25,477 nt of DNA from Bacteriovoracaceae bacterium (GCA_049599895.1 JBMYPC010000034.1:1-25477), one strand, 5' to 3'. Shown: positions 1 to 8,996, numbered from the stretch's first letter. Numbers and translations are program-made. The notes: generated by a model not told the origin, from the letters alone.

Positions 1-1
1 T

Positions 2-148
2 CGCCACCAGGGGCAAGCTCCTGATGTTGATGGGGTTGTGATGATTAATGACTTTGGTGATCGCGAGACATTAAAAGCCGGAGAAATGGTGACCGTAGAG
101 GTCACCGAAGTTCTCGACTTTGATTTAGTTGCTAAAGTAATTGATTAG
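2..148 (+). CDS. rimO: Ribosomal protein S12 methylthiotransferase RimO, C-terminal (TRAM) fragment; 5' end outside the window
   Basis: Not in the ORF track. Manual translation of frame 2 gives RHQGQAPDVDGVVMINDFGDRETLKAGEMVTVEVTEVLDFDLVAKVID*, matching the RimO C-terminal pattern (APxxDG...G..V.V.....DL). TAG at 146-148. Confidence 0.85.
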   Translation, partial: RHQGQAPDVDGVVMINDFGDRETLKAGEMVTVEVTEVLDFDLVAKVID

Positions 149-3100
149 TAATCGTACGCAGGGAATACCTGAAGTGTACAACTGTCATCTTGAACATTGA
201 TCGTACTGATACAATCTGCTGAAGTTCTCTGCCAGCATGGTAATGTCGTCATAATGGTATCACCACCATCATTTGCGTCACAGATACCATCACCGTCATC
301 CACAGAACAAGATCCATCACAAACACCATCGAAATCACGGTCAAGGCAATGCCCGATACAAGCTTGAGCTCCCGCTGGGATTCTCGTGATGTCTGGGTTG
401 GCCCCATTTCTTGGAGTGTTGATGTTACCAACATTGATAAAGCCAAAGTCATCCCAGTCAGAGAGGTCGTTGTATGTTGAAAGTGGATCAAACAGAGTTC
501 TAAAGTTTGTATCCATTTTCATAAGAGTCGAAGGTTGAATATCGTCTTCTTCAAACCCTGCTACGTTTTGTCGACAGACACCACTTTCAGTTGGACTATC
601 ATCAATATCACAAGCCGTACTTGAGTAAAGATCAGGATCTGTTTCAGGTAAGTCTGGTGAAACTCGATCAATTCGATCACTTGGCTTAAATGATGTGTTC
701 CATTCTCTAACCACGAGACGAACTCTTGCGACAACATTGTCCGCACTGTCATGACAGCTGTATCCATAATAAGGGCGCGAATACTTATAAAAGTCAGTAA
801 CATTTAAATCATCATTTCGGTTTGGTGAACCATAATATCCAGCGTGACCAATCAAAAAAGCATCGAGATCATACTGACTGGCATCCGATCGCTTGCCTCC
901 TGTGGTGTCGAAGAAACCAAGAATACCTTGTTGAGTATAAAAGTTTCCATCACCATCGTTAATGTAGTTAGCAAGATAGATGTTTGAGTTAACTTCTCGC
1001 TGAAGCAATGATGAGAGGTCTTGATTTCGACCAATCTTAGCTTCTTTAGAAGGGGAGTACTCAAACTCTGTCCCAAGTGTATCAACACCGTCATTTTTCG
1101 TGACTGTGTAGATCTCACTTAATAGTTTTCCGTCAGCGAGTTTTGTAATTTGATCAGACTCTGCTGCTGGTCCAGAGAGACACGCATTCTGGTCTCCGCC
1201 ACAGTTTGTTACAACTGGTTGTTGAGTTGCCCTTTTATATGTGTAGTAAATAGGAACTTGAAAGATCTTACTGAGCTCAACAAATCGTCCGGCATTTAAG
1301 ATGTCGCCATTTCCACCGTCCGCAATTGGTCTCGGATCAAGTGTTGCATCGGCATCTTCACTTATACAGTTTGCATCTCCGTTACAGACTTTACATCCGC
1401 CACGAACTCCAACTGTTGGATTGGCCCCCGTTTCTTCAACGTCAGCAACACATTCGGCTAAGGTTGTATAATCACCACAAGTATCAGCATCGGCATCATC
1501 TGGGTCTTGAGGCTCACAAGTTAATCCCGCATCTCCTAGTTCTGATCGATAGCAGAAGTCTTGAAGACTTTGGTCATTGTGAACATTCATGGCATATGTT
1601 GCGTTTGTTGCCAGAGGATGGTCAAATCGTCCAAGGGACGGGTGAAAACAATAGCCGCCATGAACACCAACTTCATAGTCAACTCTTGTAAAACTTCCTT
1701 CGTCACAATTTGGCCCATATCTTTCAGCATCTTCGTTGTTGTAGTTGTAGCTACAAAGAAAGTCTTTCGCACTTGCCGTAGAAGTGGGTTCCCCAAGGTA
1801 GGTGTTCATGTCACCAAAGATGTTTCTAATGAGCTCACCGGAGACATCTTCGTAACGATCAACATCGAAATTGAAATCTGTTATTGAGTCATGAAGCTTA
1901 ACAACACCGGTTCTTTGGTTGTCATCAATTGTATTGTTGGCCCCAATGTTTCTAAAATGTAAGAGCCCCGCTTCTACTGTATCAAAGACGTTATTATCTT
2001 CAGGTGTTGTTGGATCATTCACAATCGGATAAGTCGAGTGTAGGTCCCAAACATTTTGAAAATTTAACCCATCGATAGCAAGAGTACTGTTTCCACTTAC
2101 ATTTTGAATGTAAAGACTCGAACTTTTTCCTGGCTTGAAAGCCCAAAATTGATACGGATCATGAGTTACGTACTCACAGGTATTATTTGGAATTCGAACC
2201 GCAAGGTTAAAGCCTTTTTGATGAAGGTCTCTTTCACCGGCTTCAAGAAAACAAGTGATATCTTTGACTTTCTTGAGTGCGCGAGGATCATTTTCAAACA
2301 TATCGATTTGTTTCTTAAGAACTCGACAAGGAGTGATCTCGTTAGCGTCACCTTCTCTGTGAAGAATATAACTAAAGGGTTCACTTCCGTTTTGAGCAAA
2401 GAGCTCAACTCCGAAGTATTCAAGAACTTCTATTTTTAGATAATTTGTAATTGAACCAAAGGGATTTGTTGCTGTGATGGCATACTTTTGAGCGTCTGAT
2501 TTACCTTTTGGAGCACCTCTAATTTCTCCTGTGCTTGAGTCTAAATGAAGACCCTCAGGAAGAGACGGAGAGATTGTATAAACACTGCTTCCGGCATCAA
2601 TAATTGCTGGTTGAATCGAGACAGGATCATCTTTATAAAGATAGATCGTATAAGATGACTGAATTGTTGAAGCCGTTGTGGCCACAGATGTATCATCACC
2701 AAAGAGTGAAGCATTTCCTTGAGTCGCAAGACTTGGGTCATCGACAGGATCATTTGTTCGACCTGTACTTAGATCTTCGGTGTCATCAAAGTAGTACTTC
2801 GATCCATCATAAGGGTTCACATCTTTTAAGTTTCCAGTGCTTCTGACTGTACCTGATCGAACCATAATATCGACAATACTTGAATCAGAGCTGTTGACGA
2901 CAACACCGTTAAGTGGCTGGATATTGTAGTTACCCCAGTTGAAAACACCTGTGTCTGGATCAGCTGTGATATCTTCACCAACTTTAAAGGTATTTCCACT
3001 TGCAACTTGAACTCTTAATGATTCAGCTTCGATAAATTCAAGTGATTTTGTTGATTTGGCAAGACCGTCAAGAGTGTCTCTAATGGCAACAGAATTTGTC

Positions 3101-5613
3101 CCGACTCTAAAGTGACAAGTGCTTAAGCTAAAATCACTTGAAGTTTCACTTGAACATGTCGCTCTATTATTTGTTGATTGAACAAAGGCCTTGATTCTGT
3201 GATTTGGACCACCGTCATCTGAAGAAAACTGTCTTACAACCTTTCCTGAGGCTCCTGTGATGAGATCGTCAACATAGTCTCCATCATCAATCCCAGAAGT
3301 TGTGTTAAAAACTAAAGAAAGAGTATAAGGATAAACTTCTACTGAGTTTGCGTTATCATCTTTAATCTTTGATTTTTCACTAGAAAAGATCCTTGCGTTG
3401 TCAAGGCTCATTCCGTCTTGAAAACGTCCTTTAATGACTTTTACAGCGACATAATCTCCCGTCAGAGAAGTGTAGTTGTTGCCAGAGCTAATAACATCTT
3501 GAACAATACCAACAGCACAGTTCCAGAAGTTTTCATCTTCAATAAGAGCATCAGCTCCTGCAAGCCCTGTGAACCTTCCACCATAGTTTGCAAGAGAGAG
3601 TGAGAGCTCACTGCTGCGACAATCAATATTTGAACCTACTGGTGCACCTGATGAAATGTAGTCACCAACTTTGAATGCATCTGTACTTGTAACAGGAAGA
3701 AGAATAAATCGGTTATAACTGAGATCTCTCGGTGGCTCATCGAAGCTTAGTTTAAAAGCAAAATCAAATGAACGATTGAGACCATCTTTGACATTGACGC
3801 TAAAAGTTTGAGGGCTCAAGTTGTTTTGAATTGTCGCCATGGTGCTGATTAGCCAAATTGATCCGGCACTGATCCAGTTTCCTGTACAGTCAGCTTCTTT
3901 AATAAGATCTTCACCAACTTCTTGAATACGATCTCCATCATCACAAAAACTTTTTTGGTAATAGCGAAGATTAGAATCAATCGTTGCTGGATCTGGTGAC
4001 ATGGTCACTGTTAATTGATTTGACTCTAATGTACCAGAGTTAAAAAGTCCTTGAACTTTAGATGAGGTTTCTGGATCTAAAACTGAAGCAATCATTCTAA
4101 ATGAATTTGTAGGAGCCGGTACGGCTGAGTCATAATCTGGAGCGCCTGTTGGGAAAATATAAGTGATATTGGATGTTCCCTCTGCCTCAGAGATTTCTGC
4201 TTTTGAAAAAGAGTAAAGAAGCTTATTATCAAGTTTATCTCCTGGAAGAAAATAAGACTCAATCGCTGCACTTCCGTAACTGGCACAACTTCCGTCTTTA
4301 CCAATCACTGTGACATAAAGATTAGAATCATTAATAAAGTCGACACAAGCGACTGCACCGTCTTCATTACTAACATAACCATCTGTCGTAAAAAGCGCTG
4401 CTGTTTCAGGCGCGCCCACATCAATGATAAGTTTTTGACCGATTCTTTGTGTGTATGCTGCTTTTGTGACTGATTTAATCGCTGCAAAAGGAAGAACTCT
4501 GTAGGTTACAAATGTACTGAGCTTTTCTCCTGCAAGAGATGTGGCCTGAACATTAACTGTTCTATCGAGTTGGTCAACATCTGTTGAGTCAGTACTAATT
4601 TGTAATGCTCCAAAAAGAACATCTGAACAAGTTGGCGCCACACAAACTTCAAATTCATCAGCAATCCCATTTGTTGCTCCAACAAATGGATCAGCAATAA
4701 AGCTCAGCGTGCGAACTTCGCTCATCTCAAGAGTGCTTGGAGAGACATTGAGAGTAAGGTCAACCACAGCAAGATCTGTCCCAACTGAAGGGTCTCTTTT
4801 ATTGATGGCGAAAACAACACTTGCAAGTGACGTTTTTGAACTAATATAAAATGGGTTTCGATCAATATTCTCGTTTACTGAAACTGGACCTGCTTCTGTT
4901 AAATAAAGAAAAAGTTGTTTTGCCACATTATCTTTATAGATAACTCTTGTTTTTGTTCCGCCTTCAGTTGTGAGGTAGTGACCAATTTCAAATTGATCAA
5001 ATTCGGCATCATCTTTAAGTGTGACAATAAGAAGAGTTTGAAAGTTGTTGAGGTCTGGAGTAATTTTCGCTGCTTCATCATCAACTGGAAAGTTGTACTT
5101 GATTCCAGTAAAGCTTCTTGAAGCATCTAATTGAAAGCTAGAAATAAAAGAAGTATCAGTTCCTCTGTGAAGGGCCTTTACTGAAATTGTTCCACTGAAA
5201 TAAGTGACAAGTGAAGCAGTGATAACACCAGTTGTTGGATTAATCGTCATCCCTAGTGGAGGAGCTGCCCCATAAAACGAGTAAGACATGAAATCATTTG
5301 TGTTACCTGTATCAGCTCCTTCAAAGCCTCCAATGATCAAAGGTTGAATCGTTGCATTTGAACTATTGCCATCGAGGCTAATAGACGTGTCGGCATAAGA
5401 GACATCAGCAGGTGCTTGACATTCAGCAAGACTTGCACGAGCGACACAGCTAGGAGTGTCGGAACCTGGAACCTCTGGGCTAGTGCCCGCCGATTCCTCG
5501 GTATTCTCCGTGGATGAATCTTCTTCAAACTTTGTAAAGCTATCAGGCATACAGCCCTGAAGAAGAAATGCTACTAACAAGAAAAGAATGTGGTGCCTTT
5601 TAATCGTTTTCAT
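145..5613 (-). CDS. Giant (1822 aa) predicted surface lipoprotein with two He_PIG/putative Ig domains, internal beta-rich repeats and a Cys/Asp-rich C-terminal half
   Basis: Signal peptide with lipobox LLQG-C21. He_PIG-like motifs PPLGMTINPTTGVIT and YTISPSLPEGLHLDSSTGEIRGAP...YAITATN. Many Cys residues; DxDxDG-like loops near the C-terminus. Confidence 0.85.
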   Translation of the reverse strand: MKTIKRHHILFLLVAFLLQGCMPDSFTKFEEDSSTENTEESAGTSPEVPGSDTPSCVARASLAECQAPADVSYADTSISLDGNSSNATIQPLIIGGFEGADTGNTNDFMSYSFYGAAPPLGMTINPTTGVITASLVTYFSGTISVKALHRGTDTSFISSFQLDASRSFTGIKYNFPVDDEAAKITPDLNNFQTLLIVTLKDDAEFDQFEIGHYLTTEGGTKTRVIYKDNVAKQLFLYLTEAGPVSVNENIDRNPFYISSKTSLASVVFAINKRDPSVGTDLAVVDLTLNVSPSTLEMSEVRTLSFIADPFVGATNGIADEFEVCVAPTCSDVLFGALQISTDSTDVDQLDRTVNVQATSLAGEKLSTFVTYRVLPFAAIKSVTKAAYTQRIGQKLIIDVGAPETAALFTTDGYVSNEDGAVACVDFINDSNLYVTVIGKDGSCASYGSAAIESYFLPGDKLDNKLLYSFSKAEISEAEGTSNITYIFPTGAPDYDSAVPAPTNSFRMIASVLDPETSSKVQGLFNSGTLESNQLTVTMSPDPATIDSNLRYYQKSFCDDGDRIQEVGEDLIKEADCTGNWISAGSIWLISTMATIQNNLSPQTFSVNVKDGLNRSFDFAFKLSFDEPPRDLSYNRFILLPVTSTDAFKVGDYISSGAPVGSNIDCRSSELSLSLANYGGRFTGLAGADALIEDENFWNCAVGIVQDVISSGNNYTSLTGDYVAVKVIKGRFQDGMSLDNARIFSSEKSKIKDDNANSVEVYPYTLSLVFNTTSGIDDGDYVDDLITGASGKVVRQFSSDDGGPNHRIKAFVQSTNNRATCSSETSSDFSLSTCHFRVGTNSVAIRDTLDGLAKSTKSLEFIEAESLRVQVASGNTFKVGEDITADPDTGVFNWGNYNIQPLNGVVVNSSDSSIVDIMVRSGTVRSTGNLKDVNPYDGSKYYFDDTEDLSTGRTNDPVDDPSLATQGNASLFGDDTSVATTASTIQSSYTIYLYKDDPVSIQPAIIDAGSSVYTISPSLPEGLHLDSSTGEIRGAPKGKSDAQKYAITATNPFGSITNYLKIEVLEYFGVELFAQNGSEPFSYILHREGDANEITPCRVLKKQIDMFENDPRALKKVKDITCFLEAGERDLHQKGFNLAVRIPNNTCEYVTHDPYQFWAFKPGKSSSLYIQNVSGNSTLAIDGLNFQNVWDLHSTYPIVNDPTTPEDNNVFDTVEAGLLHFRNIGANNTIDDNQRTGVVKLHDSITDFNFDVDRYEDVSGELIRNIFGDMNTYLGEPTSTASAKDFLCSYNYNNEDAERYGPNCDEGSFTRVDYEVGVHGGYCFHPSLGRFDHPLATNATYAMNVHNDQSLQDFCYRSELGDAGLTCEPQDPDDADADTCGDYTTLAECVADVEETGANPTVGVRGGCKVCNGDANCISEDADATLDPRPIADGGNGDILNAGRFVELSKIFQVPIYYTYKRATQQPVVTNCGGDQNACLSGPAAESDQITKLADGKLLSEIYTVTKNDGVDTLGTEFEYSPSKEAKIGRNQDLSSLLQREVNSNIYLANYINDGDGNFYTQQGILGFFDTTGGKRSDASQYDLDAFLIGHAGYYGSPNRNDDLNVTDFYKYSRPYYGYSCHDSADNVVARVRLVVREWNTSFKPSDRIDRVSPDLPETDPDLYSSTACDIDDSPTESGVCRQNVAGFEEDDIQPSTLMKMDTNFRTLFDPLSTYNDLSDWDDFGFINVGNINTPRNGANPDITRIPAGAQACIGHCLDRDFDGVCDGSCSVDDGDGICDANDGGDTIMTTLPCWQRTSADCISTINVQDDSCTLQVFPAYDY

Positions 5614-5620
5614 ACGAATA

Positions 5621-5648
5621 TTATCGACAAGAACACCCCGAAGATTTA
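5621..5648 (-). promoter_or_regulatory. Putative sigma28 (FliA)-type promoter of the giant lipoprotein gene
   Basis: Minus strand reads TAAA-N16-GTCGATAA, ending 7 nt before the ATG at 5613 (consensus TAAA-N15/16-GCCGATAA). Confidence 0.5.
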
Positions 5649-5696
5649 GTAAACCCTGTAATTCTTTATAGTTGGAGTATTTTACTAGGTTGTTTT

Positions 5697-5713
5697 TGCT
5701 GGGGTTTTGCCAC
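5697..5713 (-). promoter_or_regulatory. Possible sigma54 -24/-12 promoter facing the giant lipoprotein gene
   Basis: Minus strand GTGGCAAAACCCCAGCA has the GG-N10-GC spacing but lacks the TT before GC. Confidence 0.3.
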
Positions 5714-5735
5714 TTAATTGAGGCAGAAAATCCTG

Positions 5736-5748
5736 TAACTTGTTGATT
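5736..5748 (-). promoter_or_regulatory. IHF consensus binding site
   Basis: Reverse complement AATCAACAAGTTA is an exact match to WATCAANNNNTTR, inside the divergent intergenic region. Confidence 0.45.
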
Positions 5749-5816
5749 TTTAGTCTAGTTCTAAGGATAATGGATAAAGTTCCTAAAAAGTATCTGATTT
5801 AAAGGATTTAGTACTC

Positions 5817-6611
5817 ATGAAAAAATTTCTTAAATTCGTACTAACTTTTCTATTTTTATCACCGTTATTTTCTGCAAGTGCGGACTGGAAAGAGTCTCTT
5901 CGCGAGAAAATAGGCCCGGTTTTAGGAAGTGAATGGACGGAAAAGTTATTGGGCCCAATGCCGGAAACAATTCTTCTTCCAGAAATTCCTGAAGTTGGAG
6001 GGGACGCAAAGTCCTTAGACGTTTATAAAAACATTGAAGATCAAAACTTAAATAAAATCCCAAAAGAAGATTTTCGAAAATTTAACATCAAATTTATTTA
6101 CGAGCTTTATTCCGTTGTGAGAGAGGGCAAAGCTACCGACAAGGATGTTGAAGAGTGGATGAACGTTCTTCAGCAAGGTGGTACTCGAGAGGGGATTTAC
6201 AGGGCCATGGTTCTTGATCGAGGTTATGCCTCAAAAGAGGGAATGGAATTTCCTTTAAAAAAAGAAGCTTATGAATTTTTAAAAAAATTCTTTGCTGAAT
6301 TCTTAAACCGAAATGTGACTGATCAGATCCTGGATAAAAGTAATCTCTACACAATGAAAAAAGCGATGACCGAGAGAATGCTTGATATTCTCGATGTCTA
6401 CCTTCTGGAAAACCGAAAGAATGATTTCTATAACTGGTATGCGGTTTATTCTTCTGAGATTGCCAAAAGATTTCCCGCAACTCTAAACGGAAAGCTTCGT
6501 GGCCATACTTCAAGAGAAGTTCATCTTAAATGGGCCCAGGGAGTTCCTCTTCAGTTTGTGAAATCAGAGGTGATTCTCAAGACTCATCTGATTATGAATC
6601 AATACAGATAG
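5817..6611 (+). CDS. Secreted hypothetical protein with a DUF4214-like helical segment
   Basis: Sec signal MKKFLKFVLTFLFLSPLFSASA; AAGGA SD upstream. FIYELYSVVREGKATDKDVEEWMNVLQQGGTREGIYRAM resembles DUF4214 repeats (by eye only). Confidence 0.75.
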   Translation: MKKFLKFVLTFLFLSPLFSASADWKESLREKIGPVLGSEWTEKLLGPMPETILLPEIPEVGGDAKSLDVYKNIEDQNLNKIPKEDFRKFNIKFIYELYSVVREGKATDKDVEEWMNVLQQGGTREGIYRAMVLDRGYASKEGMEFPLKKEAYEFLKKFFAEFLNRNVTDQILDKSNLYTMKKAMTERMLDILDVYLLENRKNDFYNWYAVYSSEIAKRFPATLNGKLRGHTSREVHLKWAQGVPLQFVKSEVILKTHLIMNQYR

Positions 6612-6614
6612 TTT

Positions 6615-7559
6615 TTAAAAGGGAAAGCAGAATTCAAACTCTGGATCAAGAACCTTCAAAAGTCGATCAACCCCAAGGGCAATTCCTGAACATGGCGGAA
6701 GCCCATTCTCGAGAGCTTGAAAAAGCTCTTTGGGTTCTGAGAGTTCATAGCCATAAAGATCTTTTTTCTCTTTGAGCTCTTGTTTGGCCCTTATTGTCTG
6801 CTCCGAAAGATCTGTGAGTTCTTGAAAGCTGTTGGCAGTTTCAATTCCCTTAACAAACCATTCAAAGCGATAACAAACTTTGGGATTACTTTTTGAAATC
6901 TCTGAAAGAGCTGAAAGTCTAGCGGGGTATTCTTTAATAATTAAAGAATCAATAGGTTTAAATTGAGGTTCGATAATGTTTAAAAAGAAATAATGAAAAG
7001 CATCGTCCCAAGTTTTGAGTTCATCAATTTGATTAAGTTCGGGATAATATTTTTTTATAGAAGTTTTAACAGAATCAAGGTTTTCAAATTCATCGAGAGA
7101 AATTTTTGAAAACCTCTTAAATGTTTCTTCCATTGTGAGTTCAATTGTTTCTGTCTTCTGGTTGGGAGAAAGAAACTCATAAAGATTTTTGATGTCTTCT
7201 ATGATTTTTTCGTAAGTCTCATTTTTTCGATACCACTCAAGCATGAGAAACTGAGGCCTATGCCATTCACTATTAGGTTCATCTCGAAAACTAAAAGCGA
7301 ATGTATAGAGATTCTTATAATCATCACCCAAGTCTTCACTTAGCATTTTTTTCATCCAGAACTCAGGTGATGAATTGAGATAGAGGTTTTTAGAGTTTTT
7401 ATTCAGGACGCTATGCAGTTCAAAGGGATGAAGATGAGCTTCAATTCCTGGATGCGTTACAGCAGGAGGAGAGAGAATCTCTTTAAATTCTCGCTGGTTA
7501 AAGAACTCTTTTAAAGAGTTAACAAATTCGTATAAGTTTCTGAAATTGTTTTTACTCAT
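6615..7559 (-). CDS. epmA: Elongation factor P (R)-beta-lysine ligase (EpmA/PoxA/GenX)
   Basis: Class II lysyl-tRNA-synthetase-like catalytic domain with no anticodon domain: LNSSPEFWMKKML, FRDEPNSEWHRPQFLMLEWY, GIETANSFQELTD, GLPPCSGIALGVDRL. ATG at 7559 preferred over TTG at 7574. Confidence 0.9.
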   Translation of the reverse strand: MSKNNFRNLYEFVNSLKEFFNQREFKEILSPPAVTHPGIEAHLHPFELHSVLNKNSKNLYLNSSPEFWMKKMLSEDLGDDYKNLYTFAFSFRDEPNSEWHRPQFLMLEWYRKNETYEKIIEDIKNLYEFLSPNQKTETIELTMEETFKRFSKISLDEFENLDSVKTSIKKYYPELNQIDELKTWDDAFHYFFLNIIEPQFKPIDSLIIKEYPARLSALSEISKSNPKVCYRFEWFVKGIETANSFQELTDLSEQTIRAKQELKEKKDLYGYELSEPKELFQALENGLPPCSGIALGVDRLLKVLDPEFEFCFPF

Positions 7560-7619
7560 AGTTAGTGGTAACAATAGTGCACTTAAAATTGAAGAAAATT
7601 TAGCAGTTCGGAGTCCGAT

Positions 7620-8843
7620 ATGGAAGCTTTAGTAAGCGTGGTGGAAAGTTTATACCAAGGCCTTGGTCTTGAAGGTGGAGCAAATGTCGGTGATGTTTGG
7701 GGATTAATCGCTTCAAGTTTTATTTTTCTCACGACTATTCTTACTTTTGTCAAAGCTTCTGGAACAGAAAAATCAACTCCACAAATTGAACAGGAAAAAG
7801 TTGAAGCTCCTGTTGCTGAAGAAAAGAAAGTTGAACAACCAAAAGCTCCGGAAGTTCCAGCTGCGCCAAAGGGGCCAAGCTGGGCACAAAGACTTGCTAA
7901 GGGTCTTGGAAAATCAAGACAAGAAGTTTGGTCAAAACTTGGAAGCCTTCTTTCGGGAAATAAGTTATCAGATGATATTCTTGAAGAGGTGGAAGAGATT
8001 CTTTACTCTGCAGACATCGGTCCTAAGGCGGTTTCAGAGATTTTAGAGATTTTAGAGACAAAAGCAAAAGAAGTTGAAATTACAGAAGAGAATTTTAAAG
8101 CTCTCATCTCTGAATACCTCACCGGAAAGCTAGGTGAGTTTCAAAAAAATATTGATCCCGATCTTCATAGTTTTAAAAACTCCACTGGAAAAACTAAAAC
8201 CATCATGATCGTTGGAGTTAACGGTGCAGGGAAAACGACGACGATTGGAAAGATTGCTTCTAGGTTAACGACTTCAGGTTCAAAAGTTGTCGTTGGAGCA
8301 GGGGATACTTTTAGAGCGGCAGCAGTTGATCAACTTCAGGTTTGGTGTGAAAGAGCTGGGGCCCAAATGATTCGAGCTGCCGATGGAGCAAATCCAAGTG
8401 GTGTTGCCTATGAAACATTACAGATGGCCCTCAATGAAAATGCCGACTTTTGTCTTCTTGATACAGCCGGAAGACTTCAGAACAATAAAAATTTAATGCA
8501 GGAGCTTAGTAAGATTAAGAACGTTCTTAAGAAGCTCGATCCTGAAGCTCCTCATGAGACGTGGCTCGTCATTGATGCCATTACGGGTCAAAATGCTCTT
8601 TCCCAGGCAAGAGAATTTAATGAAGCTCTTGAGCTTTCTGGTTTAATTTTTACGAAGTGCGATGGGTCATCAAAGGCAGGTTCAGCTGTTTCCATCGTTA
8701 ATGAACTTAAGGTTCCAATCATTTACATTGGTGTGGGTGAGCAGGTGGAAGATCTCAATAAGTTTGAACTTGATGAATACGTGAGTGCATTAGTCGGAAA
8801 TGCAGATCAACAGCAAGAATCTGTCCAACCAACATTACATTAA
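7620..8843 (+). CDS. ftsY: Signal recognition particle receptor FtsY
   Basis: GVNGAGKTTTIGK, GDTFRAAA, DTAGRL, TKCDGSSKAG, GVGEQVEDL; GGAG SD. Confidence 0.97.
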   Translation: MEALVSVVESLYQGLGLEGGANVGDVWGLIASSFIFLTTILTFVKASGTEKSTPQIEQEKVEAPVAEEKKVEQPKAPEVPAAPKGPSWAQRLAKGLGKSRQEVWSKLGSLLSGNKLSDDILEEVEEILYSADIGPKAVSEILEILETKAKEVEITEENFKALISEYLTGKLGEFQKNIDPDLHSFKNSTGKTKTIMIVGVNGAGKTTTIGKIASRLTTSGSKVVVGAGDTFRAAAVDQLQVWCERAGAQMIRAADGANPSGVAYETLQMALNENADFCLLDTAGRLQNNKNLMQELSKIKNVLKKLDPEAPHETWLVIDAITGQNALSQAREFNEALELSGLIFTKCDGSSKAGSAVSIVNELKVPIIYIGVGEQVEDLNKFELDEYVSALVGNADQQQESVQPTLH

Positions 8844-8878
8844 GCTTCTTTAGTCGCATTGGTTTAAATTTCAAGTAA

Positions 8879-8960
8879 GGGAACTCCGAAACACCGGGCG
8901 CTGACGCTTCCTGGCTGTCTGCGACGCCTGAAAACTCAACCGTTTTCAGTATATGCCCCA
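8879..8960. other. GC-rich structured intergenic element of unknown class
   Basis: Hairpins CGGGCG(8895-8900)/CGCCTG(8925-8930) and CTGAAAAC(8928-8935)/GTTTTCAG(8942-8949); alternative pairing GGGCG/TGCCC(8954-8958). Confidence 0.4.
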
Positions 8961-8967
8961 TTCACGA

Positions 8968-8996
8968 TTGACGTGAATTAGTACATAACGTATTCT
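8968..8996 (+). promoter_or_regulatory. sigma70-type promoter for zapA-fau-rny
   Basis: TTGACG-N17-TATTCT, 8 nt before the zapA ATG. The -35 lies inside the inverted repeat ATTCACG-N5-CGTGAAT (8960-8978). Confidence 0.6.

Noticed and set aside
249..5528. Many 60-120 aa ORFs nested in or antisense to the giant lipoprotein gene
   Set aside because: Alternate-frame shadows of a long real CDS, with no motifs or translation signals.
8879..8960. SRP 4.5S RNA, tRNA or 6S RNA call for the element next to ftsY
   Set aside because: No CAGG-NNN-GNRA-NNN-AGCAG helix 8, no cloverleaf or TTCRA loop, and too short for 6S.
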